This document shows positions 33,312 to 47,300 of a stretch of 57,382 nt of DNA, one piece after another. The first letter of the stretch is position 1. Each line of letters starts with the position of its first letter. The notes under the pieces are model-generated. The model searched no databases. It had not been told where the DNA came from and worked only from the letters and a program-made list of their open reading frames with translations. This DNA is from Elsinoe ampelina (Eukaryota). The DNA is taken from contig ML992502.1 of the NCBI GenBank assembly GCA_010093995.1, positions 323,868 to 381,249 of the forward strand, in the 5' to 3' direction. Position numbers and translations under genes: made by a program.

Positions 33312-36105
33312 TCATACATTCTGCAGGTAATTGCTCGGGACCAGCCCAGCTCTTCCCGGCTTTCCACATACTTCTGCCTCCCACCATCCATCGTCCTGAT
33401 GCCTCAGCACCGCGAGTACATCTCCTTTGGCGAACCCGAGCTCTTCGGGAATCGCCGCTTGGTACATGTACACTGCTCGAGCTAGGACATGTTAGTCTAA
33501 TTCCCACCTGTCTGGAATGATCCACACTTACAGAAATGCAGGATCGGTCGTCCGTCTCTCGTCATCTGCCTGCCTTGACCAGCATTACTGCCTGCTCTTG
33601 GTCTCGCTCCACCTGCGCCAGCACCTCCGCCTCCAGCAGCGCTGTACGGTCCATCACCGTAGATCTGGCTCGTGGGTCTTTGGAAATTTCCACCGCCCTG
33701 CGGACCTTGGCTGAGCACCATCCCACCGCTCTGCCCGCCACTGCTTCCTGGCCTGAAACCTGGCCCGGGACTTCTTGCTCGGATCGGCATTTGCTGACCG
33801 CCCATGCCCTGTGGTGGATAACCTTTCTGCGGGCTCATGGTGTTAGCCCGTGGTCTCCCTTGTGGTCCGCCCATACCCCCTTGTGGGCCATTGTATCCGG
33901 GCCCGGGACTTGCTGCGCGGACCATGCTTCCGGGCGGAGGTCCCCCTCGCCGATTGTCATACATGCCAGGTCGTGGACTGGTTGAGCGTGGTGGACCAGG
34001 ACTTGCGGCCCTCATCCCCTCTCTTGTGCCGGGTCTCTGGCCCATGGCGCTCTGACTCCGCTGCTCATAGCCACCACTTGGTCCTCTTCCTGTCGGACTC
34101 GAGCCGTACACGTCCCGTCCTTTGTTGACATATGATGCAGTGCTCGCCTGCATGGCTTTGCTTGTGAAAGCAGGCTGGGGCGCACCGAGCGTACTCCTCG
34201 GCGGTCCGCCTTGGTTGGCCAATCGACTCTGCGGACGTGGATCGTATCCTGGCGGTGGAGTCCGGCCTTGATTACCGTGATGTGGTTCTTGGGTATATTG
34301 ACGAGGTGTGCTCTCACCACTGCCACCTTGCATGCCGGGCGCTGGTGTGGCGATTCCGTGGTAACGGTCCGCACTCTGTCGAACGGATGTTTGCTTGGTC
34401 ACACCTTTCAACTCTGCTAAGGCTGCCGCAATTGGATCGAGTTCGGCACTTGGCGCATGCTTGGACGCCGGCTTATGCGGCGCATCAGGCGAGGCTACAT
34501 CAAAGACGTTATTACCCACATTTAGCTGGAAATTGGCTCGGGGATCAACCGGCTCTGGGTCAGGCGAAGCAGAGAAGTGGGCGTTTCGGCTTTGACGACC
34601 GGAGGTGGAAGGCATGGATCGACCAAAAGGCGTCTTGGTCGGCGAGGAAGAGGCTGACCATCCATTCTTTGTTGCTGGGGTTGAGCTCTTGAACTCGTTC
34701 TCGTGCTTGCTCTTCCGGCGGAACGGTGAATGGTTCTGGAAGAAGCCTGACTTGCGCTTCTGGACTGACTTGTCTTCTGACACGGAGAATTTGGTCGGTG
34801 ACGCTGCGCCAGAGGTTGGTTCATAGGATGATTGCGATGTCGGGTTGGAGTATTCGCTACGTGCGTCACGAGACTCTGGACGAGTAGGCGATGGAATTGA
34901 GCTGCGGTCGGATGGAGGACCGATGCGGCAGAATTGTGTCATGCCCTCCATCGGATACTCATTATGAGGGACCTTGGGCAAATCATCAAAATCTGCTGGT
35001 ACAGAGTTTTGTGAGCTGCGGAGAGGATCCTGACGAGGTGCATGATCGGGCTCAATGGGACCATCGACTGGCATTTTTGGCCCAGGTGAGGAGGTTCGGT
35101 ATGCTGGATTGATAGTTCGCTGAAATTGTGCGACCGAGTAAGCATCATCCGCTGAAGCCTCAGAGACATTGTCTGGGATGTTGTCCTTGCAGAAGTCGAT
35201 GAACTTGGGTGGGTCTGGAATCTCTTGACCGGTGCCGGTATCCTTGATGAAGTTTGAGATGTCCTTTTCAACATCGCAATCTTCGAGAGAGAGGCGGATC
35301 TTCTCGCAGGCCTGATGAAAGTTAGTTTAGGCATGTCCGATCGATGGAGCTATCATACCGCATCGTCGCTGACACAGACTGTAGAAGAGATGTTGGCAAA
35401 GCTCCATAGACTGCTCTTCATGAAGTCGATCCTCTCCTCCTCCAGATCCTGAAACTTGTCGCAAGCAGCCTTCCATTCTCTATTCCACCTGCCGGTCGTC
35501 TCTTCCAGGATCTTGACAGCTGCCTCGTATTCGTTGCTGGTGGCTGACATTTGGATCTGGGTCTTCTCGAGCTTGGCCTTGTTCTTCCTCTCCTCCTGAC
35601 CCATGACCATATGTCCTTGAGCCAAGTAGCCTTTGATCTTGAGACAATCCTGCTCATATTTGTCTCTGCTCTTGTTGACGGCGATTGCCTGCTGCGTCTT
35701 GACCTTCAACAACTTCTCGATGCCGTTCTGTACAATCTTTCTCCTCTCCTTGATCCCCCCAGCAAAGGCTCCCAACGGTTCTTCAAGCTCGCCCTTCATT
35801 TGTCCTGCAACCTGCGCGTGTGCCTTGCCCATACTTTCTACCTCCCCTCTGATGACATCCAGAGACATACGCAGGGTGCCGCTCTCGGATGAGCCAAGAG
35901 GCTTCCGTGCGAGATTGAGTAGTTTCCGAGCATATTCTTCCTCGATCTGGCCACGGGCTGTGTAGAAAGCCTTGAGCTCGTCACCAGTCACTTTCGCATT
36001 GTGCATTCTTTCCAGAAGAGGTGCGACTCCAGCATCTTCGCGACCCCAGAAATTGTTGGCGAAGCTGAGTGTGACGGACGGACCGTCTGCGGATGTGCCT
36101 GGCAT
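33312..36105 (-). CDS. F-BAR/SH3 septation protein (Hof1/Cdc15/Imp2 family), 3 exons
   Basis: SFANNFWG N-terminal FCH/F-BAR, Pro/Gly-rich middle, C-terminal SH3 ARAVYMYQAAIPEELGFAKGD...DGWW...GLVPSNYL. Confidence 0.92.
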
Positions 36106-38142
36106 GGCGCCTTTGAGGCGGCGCTGGCCAGCGAATGTGATAAGCTCTTAATCGGAGGTGTAGCGACTGTCTGGTGTAAAGAATACTGCTCGTGTGGTAG
36201 AATAGAAGACGAATAATCACTCTTGTGCTGGATAAGCCTTGGAGGTGTCGGCTAATCGTGGCGGAGAGGTCCAGGCTGTGTTTTGATTGGGGACTTGGAG
36301 ACTGTCGACGGGGCAACGTTGACGCGCGAGTTGGCAACCTCTCCACTCGCAAAAGTTGGAGTCCTCTGGAACACCATCTCAGCCGAGTATTGACTTGCTA
36401 CACCTATGACTCCGTCAACACGGTAGCTGTAAGCCTCAAATTAGGCTGACAGATAGTTCTGGTAGTTGTTAGCTACACCTATAACTACCAGATCTCTCAA
36501 TCAATTTCTCGTGTTGTCACAGCTATTGTAATAAGCCACATATTTCGAATTACGGAAAAGGGACGCAGACTTTTGCGAGTGGAGAGGAACGCCCATGACG
36601 TCGCGTGCGCGTGAGCCGCAACATGAGGCGATGGGGATCAAGTTGGCATTATTGAAAGCCAGCAGTCCTGGTGACAATAGCATAAAATAGATCAGGCAAT
36701 GGAGTGGTCGAGGTTTCAACTATATGCAAACTCTGTGGAGCGCTTGTGGGAAAAGCATTATGCATCCGGTCGACGTCGCTTCAACTCTGGCATCCAGAGT
36801 GCAGGTGTGGACTTGTCATCTCGGCACTCTTGACAATGTCTTCTCATCGTCGACGTATCTTTATGGACATGGGTCTGCGCGACGAGATACAGCGCCGCAT
36901 TGACATGTCAGAAATAAAGAAAATGGTGTACAACAAATGACAGTGCCAAAGCTGGCTTCAGAACGAGAATGGGGCATTTACATATCAGCTTATGTCCATC
37001 AACTTTCAACCAACTGTGATGCTGCAAGCTGCTCTGAAGACCTCGATGGTCTTCGAGTCATCATACAAGAGAGCCAATGACCTGACATCAAGTAAGCAGG
37101 AGCTGTAAGCAGTCCTTGCATGCATTCAATAGCATGCATTTAATAGCTAGAGAGGAAGTCTGGCCCTGCACAAAGTCTACGCATGGTGGCAGCTCCGGGA
37201 TTCTCCGTGTTTGGCACCTTTTGACTATTGATAATGAGATTGATACATGAAGGGTGAGAATAGAAGCACAGAAATGTTTCCGAGGCCCAGAAACACACCT
37301 TTCTGCGGAGAGACGAGAAACAGCGTGAGCAAAGAAACAGCTTGGAACAGAGGGGGAGAAATGATGAGGGGGAAAAGGCCGCGGAAAGGGTCACATTGAT
37401 GCGACCTTGCCTCTTCCAGACGAGCTTGGCAGCCGGCAGCCAGAGTCGCGCAGTTTGTGGCTGGGAAAATTGGGTGGAATTTGTGAGCCAGTACCCGAGG
37501 GAGCTTGGAGCTAAACGTCTCGCCCGCTTGTTTGGCCCTGCGCTGCGCGTTGATCCTCAGCGTGTCTGCTCTTCATAGCCTGGAGCCCTCTCCCACTCCT
37601 CGCCCGCAGTCTTTCTCCCATACAATTTTGTTAGCAGAAGCACTCTGTGAAGCACCAGCAAAGGTGAGTTCCCCTATACCCTTCACCACGACTACCATGC
37701 GACCGACCACACCCATTATGCACACTACCCAATTTTTTTTTGTCCAATTACGCCAGGAACTCATCGTCCTCGTCGTTTTTGTTCCATGTCGTCGCGACTT
37801 CCTCAATCGCTTCGCGACCTGTAGCGACTGCTTGCGACCTCGTCGTCGACCAAGCATGCTCGCATAGGCCGCAATTCATCACCCAAATACTGACCATGTA
37901 CTAGAACTCAATCTTTACTTTAATCCACTCCGAAAACTTTCTACACCTCCTCGTAAGTCAATTACACGTCTATCCACCGCGTAAAAAGTCACTCGCACCG
38001 GGCAATGTTTGCTTTTGCGTCTTGACCCAGCGCTGCAAAGGCGCCAGACCTGCAGCTTCACACCTCACATCCATCTCACCACAACATTCGCTTTCCACTT
38101 ATTTCACCTGCTCGTCGCTGATTTCATCATAGACCTCACATC

Positions 38143-38615
38143 ATGCCTAAGGAAGCCACCACCAAGCGCAAGGCCACCAAGGCCGACAAGGGTGGCAAGC
38201 GCAAGAAGGGTATGTCTCCCCCCCTCGACTCTCTCTACCAGTCCACTAACGCCGTACAGACCCCAACGCCCCCAAGCGTGGTCTCTCCGCCTACATGTTC
38301 TTCGCCAACGAGCAGCGTGACAAGGTCCGCGAGGACAACCCGGGTATCAAGTTCGGTATGTTACTCTCCTGGTCAAACAAAAGATCCATGCTGACCCTCA
38401 ACAGGCGAGGTCGGCCGTATGTTGGGCGACAAGTGGAAGCAGCTTTCCGAGAAGCAAAAGGCCCCTTACGAGGCCAAGGCTGCCGCCGACAAGAAGCGCT
38501 ACGAGGACCAGAAGGCCGCTTACCAGGCCGTATGTTCCACTTGGCCAGTCTCACGCCGATCAATGCTAATGCCATGCAGGGTGGTGTCGAGGAAGATGAT
38601 GAGGACGACGAGTAG
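38143..38615 (+). CDS. NHP6: Non-histone HMG-box chromatin protein, 4 coding exons
   Basis: Spliced [68 protein letters not shown] plus acidic tail. Confidence 0.95.
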
Positions 38616-38963
38616 CCAGTCCCTGCTCCGTCATGATTTCCGCAATGGCTTTTCGTCCGGTCTTTTCTCCTTTCGGTGCGGTCCTCGTCTTGCTCAGGCT
38701 TCCCTGGTCTCTGGTGTTGTCACAGTCGGGCACACATGGAGACGGGTGGGATGCGGAAGGGATGCTCATACATCGTGGTACTACCGCTTAGCCACCAAAT
38801 ACCACTTTAGAGCTCGGGCAATGAATGCATGTATTATACCCGTCGACTGCTTGTTCCAGTGAATCGTCAAGTGTTGTCATTCGGGATTCTTTACTTTTGC
38901 CGAGCTTGTTGACCAGCTCTCGCGTCTGTCAGGTAGACTCCCATGCGCCGCGCTTGTGTCATG

Positions 38964-39617
38964 CTATTCCCGTTGTAACATGACCGATATACCCATGAAT
39001 ACCAACATTGCCGTCTTCAACCACGGATATTCGCTCAGTAATATCGTGACGTACCCCACAAATGGAATGTATCCATACACACTCCCGACCAGATCCGTCG
39101 CTCTGTTCAAGTACCTCTGTCCCTCGGCATACAGCTCCGTGTCGTCCGCAGCATTATTGTCACCCTTGGTCAAGAGCTTCAGCGGTTTCGATCTGAGCCT
39201 GTCAGCACATACCCTCAACCCCTCCAATCCCTACCATCCCTCCCCTCACTCTTCCTAACCAGTCCCCCGGCCTCATCCTCCCATCCCCTTCCGCAAAACA
39301 CAAAGAAAAGAACAAACTCACCCCCCACCAAACCTCCTCACAACCCTATGCACGATAGGAATATCCTTCCCCCGGACATTATAAACCACAATCTCGCCCA
39401 CCTGCGTATCCATCCCTCGATTCCACAAAAACAACAGATCTCCTCTTTGGAACGCCGGCTCCATGGACCCCGAGAGGACGACCACGATGGGTGAAGGCGA
39501 GTTGGTCGCCACGCTGAGGCCTTTCCAGAGCATGAAAGCGGTGGAGAGCACGAGGCCGAAGTTGAGGATTTGGACCGCGAGTTGGCGCGGTTTGAGGGAG
39601 GTGAGGGAGGAGAACAT
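38964..39617 (-). CDS. SEC11: Signal peptidase complex catalytic subunit, 2 exons
   Basis: [30 protein letters not shown] and LLTKGDNN motifs. Confidence 0.96.
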
Positions 39618-41255
39618 GTTTTGGGGTGGGCCCGGTGGGCGTGATCAGGAGGGGGGGGTTGGTCAATGGATGTGGAGAAGTTGGCGGAGAGGTGTTCGAA
39701 GCTGGGTGAAGGCAAGGTAGGTGGTGGTGATGGTAATGGTGATGGTGGTAGAAGCTAGCTGGCCTCGAGTGAGATGGAAGCTTTTGCGGAGCCGCAGGGC
39801 TGGCTGGCGGGCTTCAGCTGTTGCCTCGTCCTTCTCGGCCAGATACCTTTTTGTTGATGCCATCACAAATATTACGAGTCCAATTAGCACATTTGACAGC
39901 TCGAGTTCATGGGCGATCTGTTTGAAAATCCCAAGTGCGAGCATGTGAGGTAGGTCCTGGTGGACGTCGATAGACGACGCGCCATGGTTCTCGTTCTCTA
40001 TCTGATAACCTCTTCGATTGGTCCTCCGACTGTCTGTTTCATGGTCGAATCATCTTTTCCTCTTTCAGCACGGTACAGAGCTTCAGCATTGTCCTGTACG
40101 AGGCCGTTTGACTTGGACTTCTGGTAGTCACCACACGCAATCGTCAACCCTCGCAATGACCTGTTCATGAAGCGTCACTAGCTCTTCCGCATACTAACGA
40201 CATCCTCCTTGATGATTCCAGAGCCAACTCGTTATGCCTCCGATGCGGCGCCCGCCCATTTGTACTACCTGTCATCTTTCACAACCTTGTACAACGGGGG
40301 CGTATCAGAGCGTTTGTCCATCCACAGGGATACAGCGCGAGATCACATGTTCACAGTCTTCGGTCGTGTTACCAACACAAGGTCTATAAGATGTCGACAC
40401 GCGCCAGGAATGTGACTCTCACCCTACACGTACCTACGCTTTCGGCTGATCGATCACCAGGCATGTTCGACGTTTCGATTTCGGCGATGATGATGCTCAG
40501 AAGGAAGCAAGAAGATGAAGACAAAGGCGGTGCACAACGAAGATGACAGCGACGAAGGTCTCCGTAATGCAGACGACGATGAAGACGATGATGAGAAGCT
40601 TTACAAGCCCGGTCCAACCTTTGACGCGGCAAGTGGTGGGACGAGCCGGTTAGAGGACACGGTGATCCAAGAATACCTCTCCAGACTTTTCGACACTAGC
40701 CAATACAGGGTCTGTTTAATGGCTCGATATCGTGTGGTCAAGCATGAGACAAATGCTACTTTGATGGAATAGCATCCTTATCTGATAGCAATCTATACCC
40801 CACCCTTGATGAGGCAAGTCTAACCGTATCGGCCAGGCTGACCGCCGATCTGTTGACCCTGTTTCGAGCAAGTATTGGCGAAGAGCTTCAACAATTGGAT
40901 CTGCAGCTTCAAGGCACGTGTGGGAGGAGGCTGAGATCCTTTGACCTTGTGCCAGCCATTGACTTGCCCACGTCACTTCTCAACCTACATCGACAAACTT
41001 ATACCATCTTCATAGGTTTTTACTACACTACACGAGCAAGCTCGACGCCCAGCAACGAATTAGCCGCACGGAACCACACGGCCCCTCAAGCTCAAGCCAG
41101 AATTCACCGAAGCCGGCGAACCACTTCCACAGCTCTCGACTTCAACCTCACCTTGCGACCCGGCAGACAGCCTCCCGAAGGACATAAGCCTCTTCTCGAC
41201 TTCACACTGCCTACCTCTCTCTCCCTCACCTACGTTCCCCCACCCAACCACAACC

Positions 41256-43663
41256 ATGGCCGTCGAACCCCCCACCCCACCACCCCCACCCTCTCAAACC
41301 CCCAAGAAGAAAATCGCCGTCATGACCTCCGGCGGCGACAGCCCAGGCATGTCCGGCGCCGTCCGAGCGGTAGTCCGACAAACCATCGCCTCGGGATGCG
41401 ACTCGTACGCCATCTACGAGGGTTACGAGGGTCTCGTGCAAGGCGGAGACATGATCCGAGAAATGACCTGGGAAGACGTCCGAGGGTGGCTATCAGAAGG
41501 CGGGACACTGATTGGTACAGCACGGTGTAGAGCGTTCATGGAGAGGCCGGGGCGACTCCAGGCTGCGAGAAATCTGATCGAGAAGGGGATCGATGCATTG
41601 GTTATCTGTGGAGGAGACGGGAGTTTGACGGGGGCGGACAAGTTTCGGAATGAGTGGGGTGGACTGGTGGAGGAGTTGGAGGGGAAAGGGATGGTGAGTA
41701 AGGAGCAGAGGGAGAGGTATAGGCATTTGAATATTGTTGGGTTGGTGGGGAGTATTGACAATGACATGTCGAGTACGGATGCGACGATTGGGTGTTATAG
41801 TTCGCTGCAGAGGATTTGTCAGGCGGTGGATTTTATTGATGCGACGGCGTTTTCGCATCAGAGGGCGTTTGTGGTGGAGGTCATGGGGAGGCATTGTGGG
41901 TGGTTGGCGCTCATGGCCGGGGTGAGTTGTGGTGCGGATTTCATCTTTATACCGGAGCATCCGCCGAGCGAGAATTGGGAGGAGGAGATGTGTGATATCA
42001 TCAGCAGGCATAGGAAGTTGGGAAAGAGGAAGACGATTGTGATTGTTGCCGAGGGCGCGATTGACAGGGAACTCAACCACATCAGTCCGACAAAGGTCAA
42101 GGATCTGCTCAGCAATAAGATCGGTCTGGATACAAGAGTCACGACGCTGGGTCACGTACAAAGAGGTGGTAATGCTTGTGCATACGACAGAATGCTGAGC
42201 ACGATGCAAGGCGTGGAGGCTGTCAAGGCTGTGCTGGACGCAACCCCGGAGACACCCAGTCCCGTCATCTGTATCGTCGAGAACAAGATCGTGAGAAAGC
42301 CTCTCCTAGAAGCAGTCCGATTGACACATCAAGTGGCGGAAGCAATCGAAAAGAGGGACTTTGCTACCGCTATGAGACTGAGAGACGCCGAGTTCGCCGA
42401 GTACTATGCTGCATACAATATCACCACGGCCACAGACAAAGAGGACATGAGGGTACCAAAGGAGAAGGTAAGCTCCCCCAAAACCCTGAATGGAGCATCA
42501 CTGACATATCCCAGCGGAAACGTATTGGCATCATCCACGTCGGCGCTCCAGCCGGAGGGATGAACGCCGCCACACGCGCCGTCGTCGCCTACTGCCTGGT
42601 GCGAGGCCACACCCCTGTTGCCCTCCACAACGGCTTTCCCGGCCTCTGCCGCCACCACGACGACTCCCCCATCGGCTCCGTTCGTGAAGTAACCTGGCTC
42701 GACGCCGAATCCTGGGCATCCAAAGGCGGCAGCGAAATCGGCACCAACCGCGGCCTTCCCAGCGAAGACCTCCCCACCACCGCTTTCTGTTTCGAAAAGT
42801 ACGCGCTCGACGCCCTCTTTGTCGTCGGCGGCTTCGAAGCCTTCACCGCCGTCTCAGAACTCCGCAAAGCCCGCACCACCTACCCCGCCTTCCGCATCCC
42901 CATGGTCGTCCTCCCCGCCACCGTCTCCAACAACGTCCCCGGCACCGAATACTCCATCGGCAGCGACACATGCCTCAACGCACTGATCGACTACTGCGAC
43001 GCAATCAAACAATCCGCCGCGGCCTCGCGCCGGCGCGTCTTCGTCGTCGAAACCCAAGGCGGCGCATCAGGCTACATCGCCACACTCGCGGGCCTCTCCA
43101 TCGGGGCACTAGCAGTGTACACGCCCGAAGAAGGGATCCACCTCAAGATGCTCGCGAGCGACATCCTGTTCCTCAAGCAGCAATTCGCAAAGGACAAGGG
43201 CGCCAACCGGTCGGGCAAAATCATCCTGCGCAACGAAAAGGCGAGCAAGACGTACACGACCGAGATCATCGCCAACATCATCCGCGAAGAGTCCGGCGGC
43301 CGCTTCGACGCCCGTTTCGCCGTCCCCGGCCACGTGCAGCAGGGCGGCATTCCCAGCCCCATGGACCGCGTGCGCGCTGTGCGTTTCGGCGTGAGGAGCG
43401 TGCAGCACCTTGAGAGGTTCCTGCTTGACGAAGAGGGCAGGTACGGGAGTAGGGAGGAGGTGTGCGAGGATGAGCTCTCCGCGGCTGTGATTGGGATTAG
43501 GGGCGCGCAGGTACGGTTCGCGCCGATGCGCAAGGTGGAGGAGGAGGAGACGGATTGGAAGGATCGTAGGCCGAAGGAGGAGTTTTGGATGGGGTTGACG
43601 GGGATGGTGGATACGTTGTCCGGGAGGCCGAGGAGCGTAAAGAGGGAAGATGTCGTGATTTAG
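41256..43663 (+). CDS. pfkA: ATP-dependent 6-phosphofructokinase; intron about 42468-42514
   Basis: [45 protein letters not shown] and the duplicated C-half ([20 protein letters not shown]). Confidence 0.97.
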
Positions 43664-44317
43664 GAGGTCGCCGCTGGAGGGTCAAGTTTAGATGAGGGGA
43701 TGAGGTTGGGGGAGTCGGGGGATAGATGAGATATGAATCATGTCAAGAATTGCCACAGTCTTGCTTCGCTTCAAGTGTACTGGTCATCATCGCAACGATG
43801 GTCTCACGAGCTCAGGTGGTGGCACAGAAGAAAGTGACAAGAAACATCAATGCTCCATTCCACGCTACGACGCCGCTTCTATGCATGCTCCATGCTCCAG
43901 AAGAAAAAAAGACCGCAACCACATTTCCCTTTTCTACTAATTACACCGAAAGATGAAGAGCAGTCGGGAGAGTGTCTGATTAGGTCGTTCGTCACAGTGT
44001 GTATCCCTTTTGTTACTCGTAGCGATCGTGATCGTGATCGTGTCGTTGCCCTCCCGACCTCATCGTGATCATGTCCTGTCTTCTGCTCCTCCTTATTCCT
44101 TTCCTCTCGCCGTCTCTGCTACGGATCCATGATCTTATCTCTTCTTGGATCTCCTTTCTTGGCTCTATACTGCAGGCCGTCTCCTTCCGCCATTGATACT
44201 CTGACGGCAGGGATGGTCATTCACCCTGTCCCACGACCTTCCCTTTCCTGTTGGGTATGTCGCATGTTGTTCGCACCATCTCCAGGGATAATGGAGCCAC
44301 CTTGCCACTATGCAGCA

Positions 44318-47300
44318 CTATCTCTCAGGCGTGCTACCTCCCTGAGCGTGCGCAATGGAGAGCAGCATACGTTCCACCTCTGGCGCGCTCTTCATCCAAC
44401 CCTTCTCAAAGATGTTGTACCTCCCGTTCTTGATCAGCTCCAAGATCGTTATGATAAGACCCCACGGATGAGGGCGAGCGACCAAGAGTCTCTCAACCAA
44501 TACTCGTGCAAGTTGCTGCTGTACGTCCTCGGAAGCGGTTGTGAAGAGATGCAGCATGGCAGTTGAGAAGTAGTGGGTGTGAGACGATGGGAAGCGAATC
44601 TGGTTGGCCATGGCTGAGATGAGGATATATCTCTGGTCGGATGGCGCTGCGTCAAAGAGGCGCTCGAGAAGCTTGGCTTGTGGTGCCGAAGCCGAGAAGG
44701 TCGACGAGGCAATTGTCGCAGTCGTTCCGAGATGCAGCATCAAAGCGTTAGAGACTAGTGCACGATGTGTTGACGGAGGAATTATGTCTGTCAAAGACTT
44801 GGGTGTCGACAACGCTTTGATCAATTCTGTGACATCATTTGCTGCAGCTTCCTTGCCGTTGAGAAGACGATCGAGTAGCGTTCGAAGTCCAGCTTTCGAC
44901 AGGATCTCATCACTATCCGCACTTGTCGTTGGATTCTGGCGGACTTGGTCAAGTCTGTTTATCTTAAGTCCAGGTGTGAATGGATCTGGGAGGTCCTGCA
45001 CCGACGATGGGTTAGCGCAGTTGATAACGTTGTGAAGCTGAATCATTGTGTCCGAAATGGCACTGTTGAGGAAGAGATGATTCTCAGCCAAGAATTCCGG
45101 ATAGTCGTGCTGGATGATGCAGAGGATGCGGAGAGTCGCTCTATACATGTCCTGTGCCGCCGGTGATGTCTCGATGATGTCCTTCAGGTCGCCAAGGTAT
45201 GCCAAAGCCGTGCACATAAGCTTCGTGTAGATAGTCCAGCCGCTGTTGGTGGTCTGGGTGCTATCCTCGTTCCTCCGCATCGCCGAAGCCATCAGCGGGA
45301 CCACTAACATCCTGTGGCCGAGAAGCGTAATCCATGAAAAGGCAAATGCCGGGAATTGCTGAGGCTGGACCGCCAATAGAGCCTTGCCGAGGATGTCAGG
45401 GACGCCGTCATATGCATCTCCCAGTCGTTGTCTGTAGCCGTGACACTCGATGAACAGTGTCGAGAAGAAGCGGAAGAAGATCTTCGAGTTGAACCTGTCC
45501 TGCAGCTTCTCATAGTAATCGTTGAAGATGAGCATGACAAAGCACAGCATCGTCTCCAGGAAAGCCAACCGCTTCTGGCCAGATACTCCATCGTCCTTGA
45601 AGTAGGTGGTGATAGCCGCGATGAGCTTCGCAAATGCATCAACGTGGTTGTAAGCAGCATCAAGATTGCCAGAGATGGCGGCCTCGCGCTCGAAGTTGAG
45701 CATGGACAAATCGCAAGCCGCACGAATAAGCAGAGCAATGTCGTCTCGGTTGGTGATGCTCTGCTTGGTACTCAATTGTTGTACGAAGGCAGCCTGGTAT
45801 GTCTCAGACACTTCAGGTCGTGCAAGACGCACCCACTCCTCAAAGATATACTCCATCTGATCTCTGCGCTCGCTTTCGTGCTGCGAAGCTGACACTCCAT
45901 TTGGCACGCGAGATGGTTGATCAAACTTGGCAAGAACCTCTGCGACCTTGTCCGTTGTGTCTTCTGCAACAGCCCACTGACCTAGAGCGCCGATAGACAA
46001 TGCAAAATCCGATCGAAGGGGTGCGAGTTGATCGGAGAGGAGCAACTCATCCACCACAGCGGCGAGGAAGTCCAAGACGAGAGGTCGTCTTTGCTCAAGA
46101 GCTTCGCAAGTCTGCTTGTCAACATGTCCAAGATCGAGAAGACCGGTCTTCAGCAGACAGATGATGGCCGGGGCGTTAAAGATGCGGTCATCGTTGATGC
46201 CTTGTAGACCACCAATGAGCTGGCGAGCAGTCGTAGCGGACAGTGCACAGAGCTGATTAAGAAGCTGCACAAGTACTTCGATATCCAGGCGGTCTTTGGC
46301 ATCGCTGAACAGACTCTGCGTGGCAGTTGTGCCAATGAGCCAAGCAAGCTGATCTTTCTGAGGGGTCGACTCAATCAATTGAATGAGCGATTCGTAGACC
46401 TCTCTGGTGGGGGAATCGAGACCAAGATCGCGAATGTGTTCCTCAGTGGCTTCTTGTGCGAAGTGACGGAGCTCCCTGAGATACTGTGCAGCTCGCTCGC
46501 CAATGTTGGGCATGTCCACATTGTAGCCATTGACTTGGGCGTGATGCTGATTGGGCAAGCCCTGCGGCTGAATGCGCTGCTGCTGTTGCTGAACAGTCTG
46601 TCTAGGCAGTGCCGGTGTATCTGCAGGAGTGGGCATATTTGGTAGAAATCCTTCCGAGAGAACGTCTGGGATCTGTCGACTGCTATCCTGCGAGACGTTG
46701 TTCGTGTGCGTGGTCGGCGGCGCACGCGCTTGACGACCAAAGTCCTCGTAGATGGCCAATTGGTGCTGATTGAGACCACCTTGCTCCTGACGGTACGGCT
46801 CAGGTACGAAAAATGCCCATCTGCTGACAGGGGGCTCGTTGAAGGCTTGATGTGGAGTCTGCTGTCGATGTCTCTTCCTGGCCTCAAAAGCGTGGTCCAG
46901 TTGCGCATCTATCTCTGCGACTGAGTGACTCTCGGCAGATTGCTCAACGAGTCTGCAAACAGTGTCCAGATTGTCGTTAACAAACATGAGAATGTTGCCT
47001 TCTGGTAATTGATCCGGCATGTGCTGCGCTGCGAGCAAACGGATGTTGTTCATGATGCTCATCCGGAGAGGCTCTTTGCAAGTAACCAAGGCCAGGCTTC
47101 CAGAAAGTGCCTTGACAACGGTGTAGGCAGATTGCTGCATACGCTCCAAATCGGCCTCCATGGCAAAGTCCTTCTCCACCAATTGGGCAGTGCTTATTGC
47201 CGCAATCGTGACAGACCTGTCCACCACAGGTGCTATGATCTCTTGGATCGCACGCTGGGTGGCGGTAAGAAGGATGCTCTTGATCTGCTGTTGACTGACG

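Noticed and set aside
37660..38135. ORFs upstream of NHP6
   Set aside because: The region has GTGAGT/GTAAGT donors and CTGAC..TAG acceptors consistent with 5' UTR introns of NHP6, not separate genes.
39663..40772. Small ORFs between SEC11 and PFK (39663-39944 minus; acidic 40515-40772 plus)
   Set aside because: No recognisable motifs or consistent exon structure; possibly a decayed gene but unsupported.
43940..44310. Purine-rich, GATCAC-repeat stretch after the NOT1 stop as an extra exon or gene
   Set aside because: Stops interrupt the frames I read and there are no convincing splice signals; likely 3' UTR with a microsatellite.
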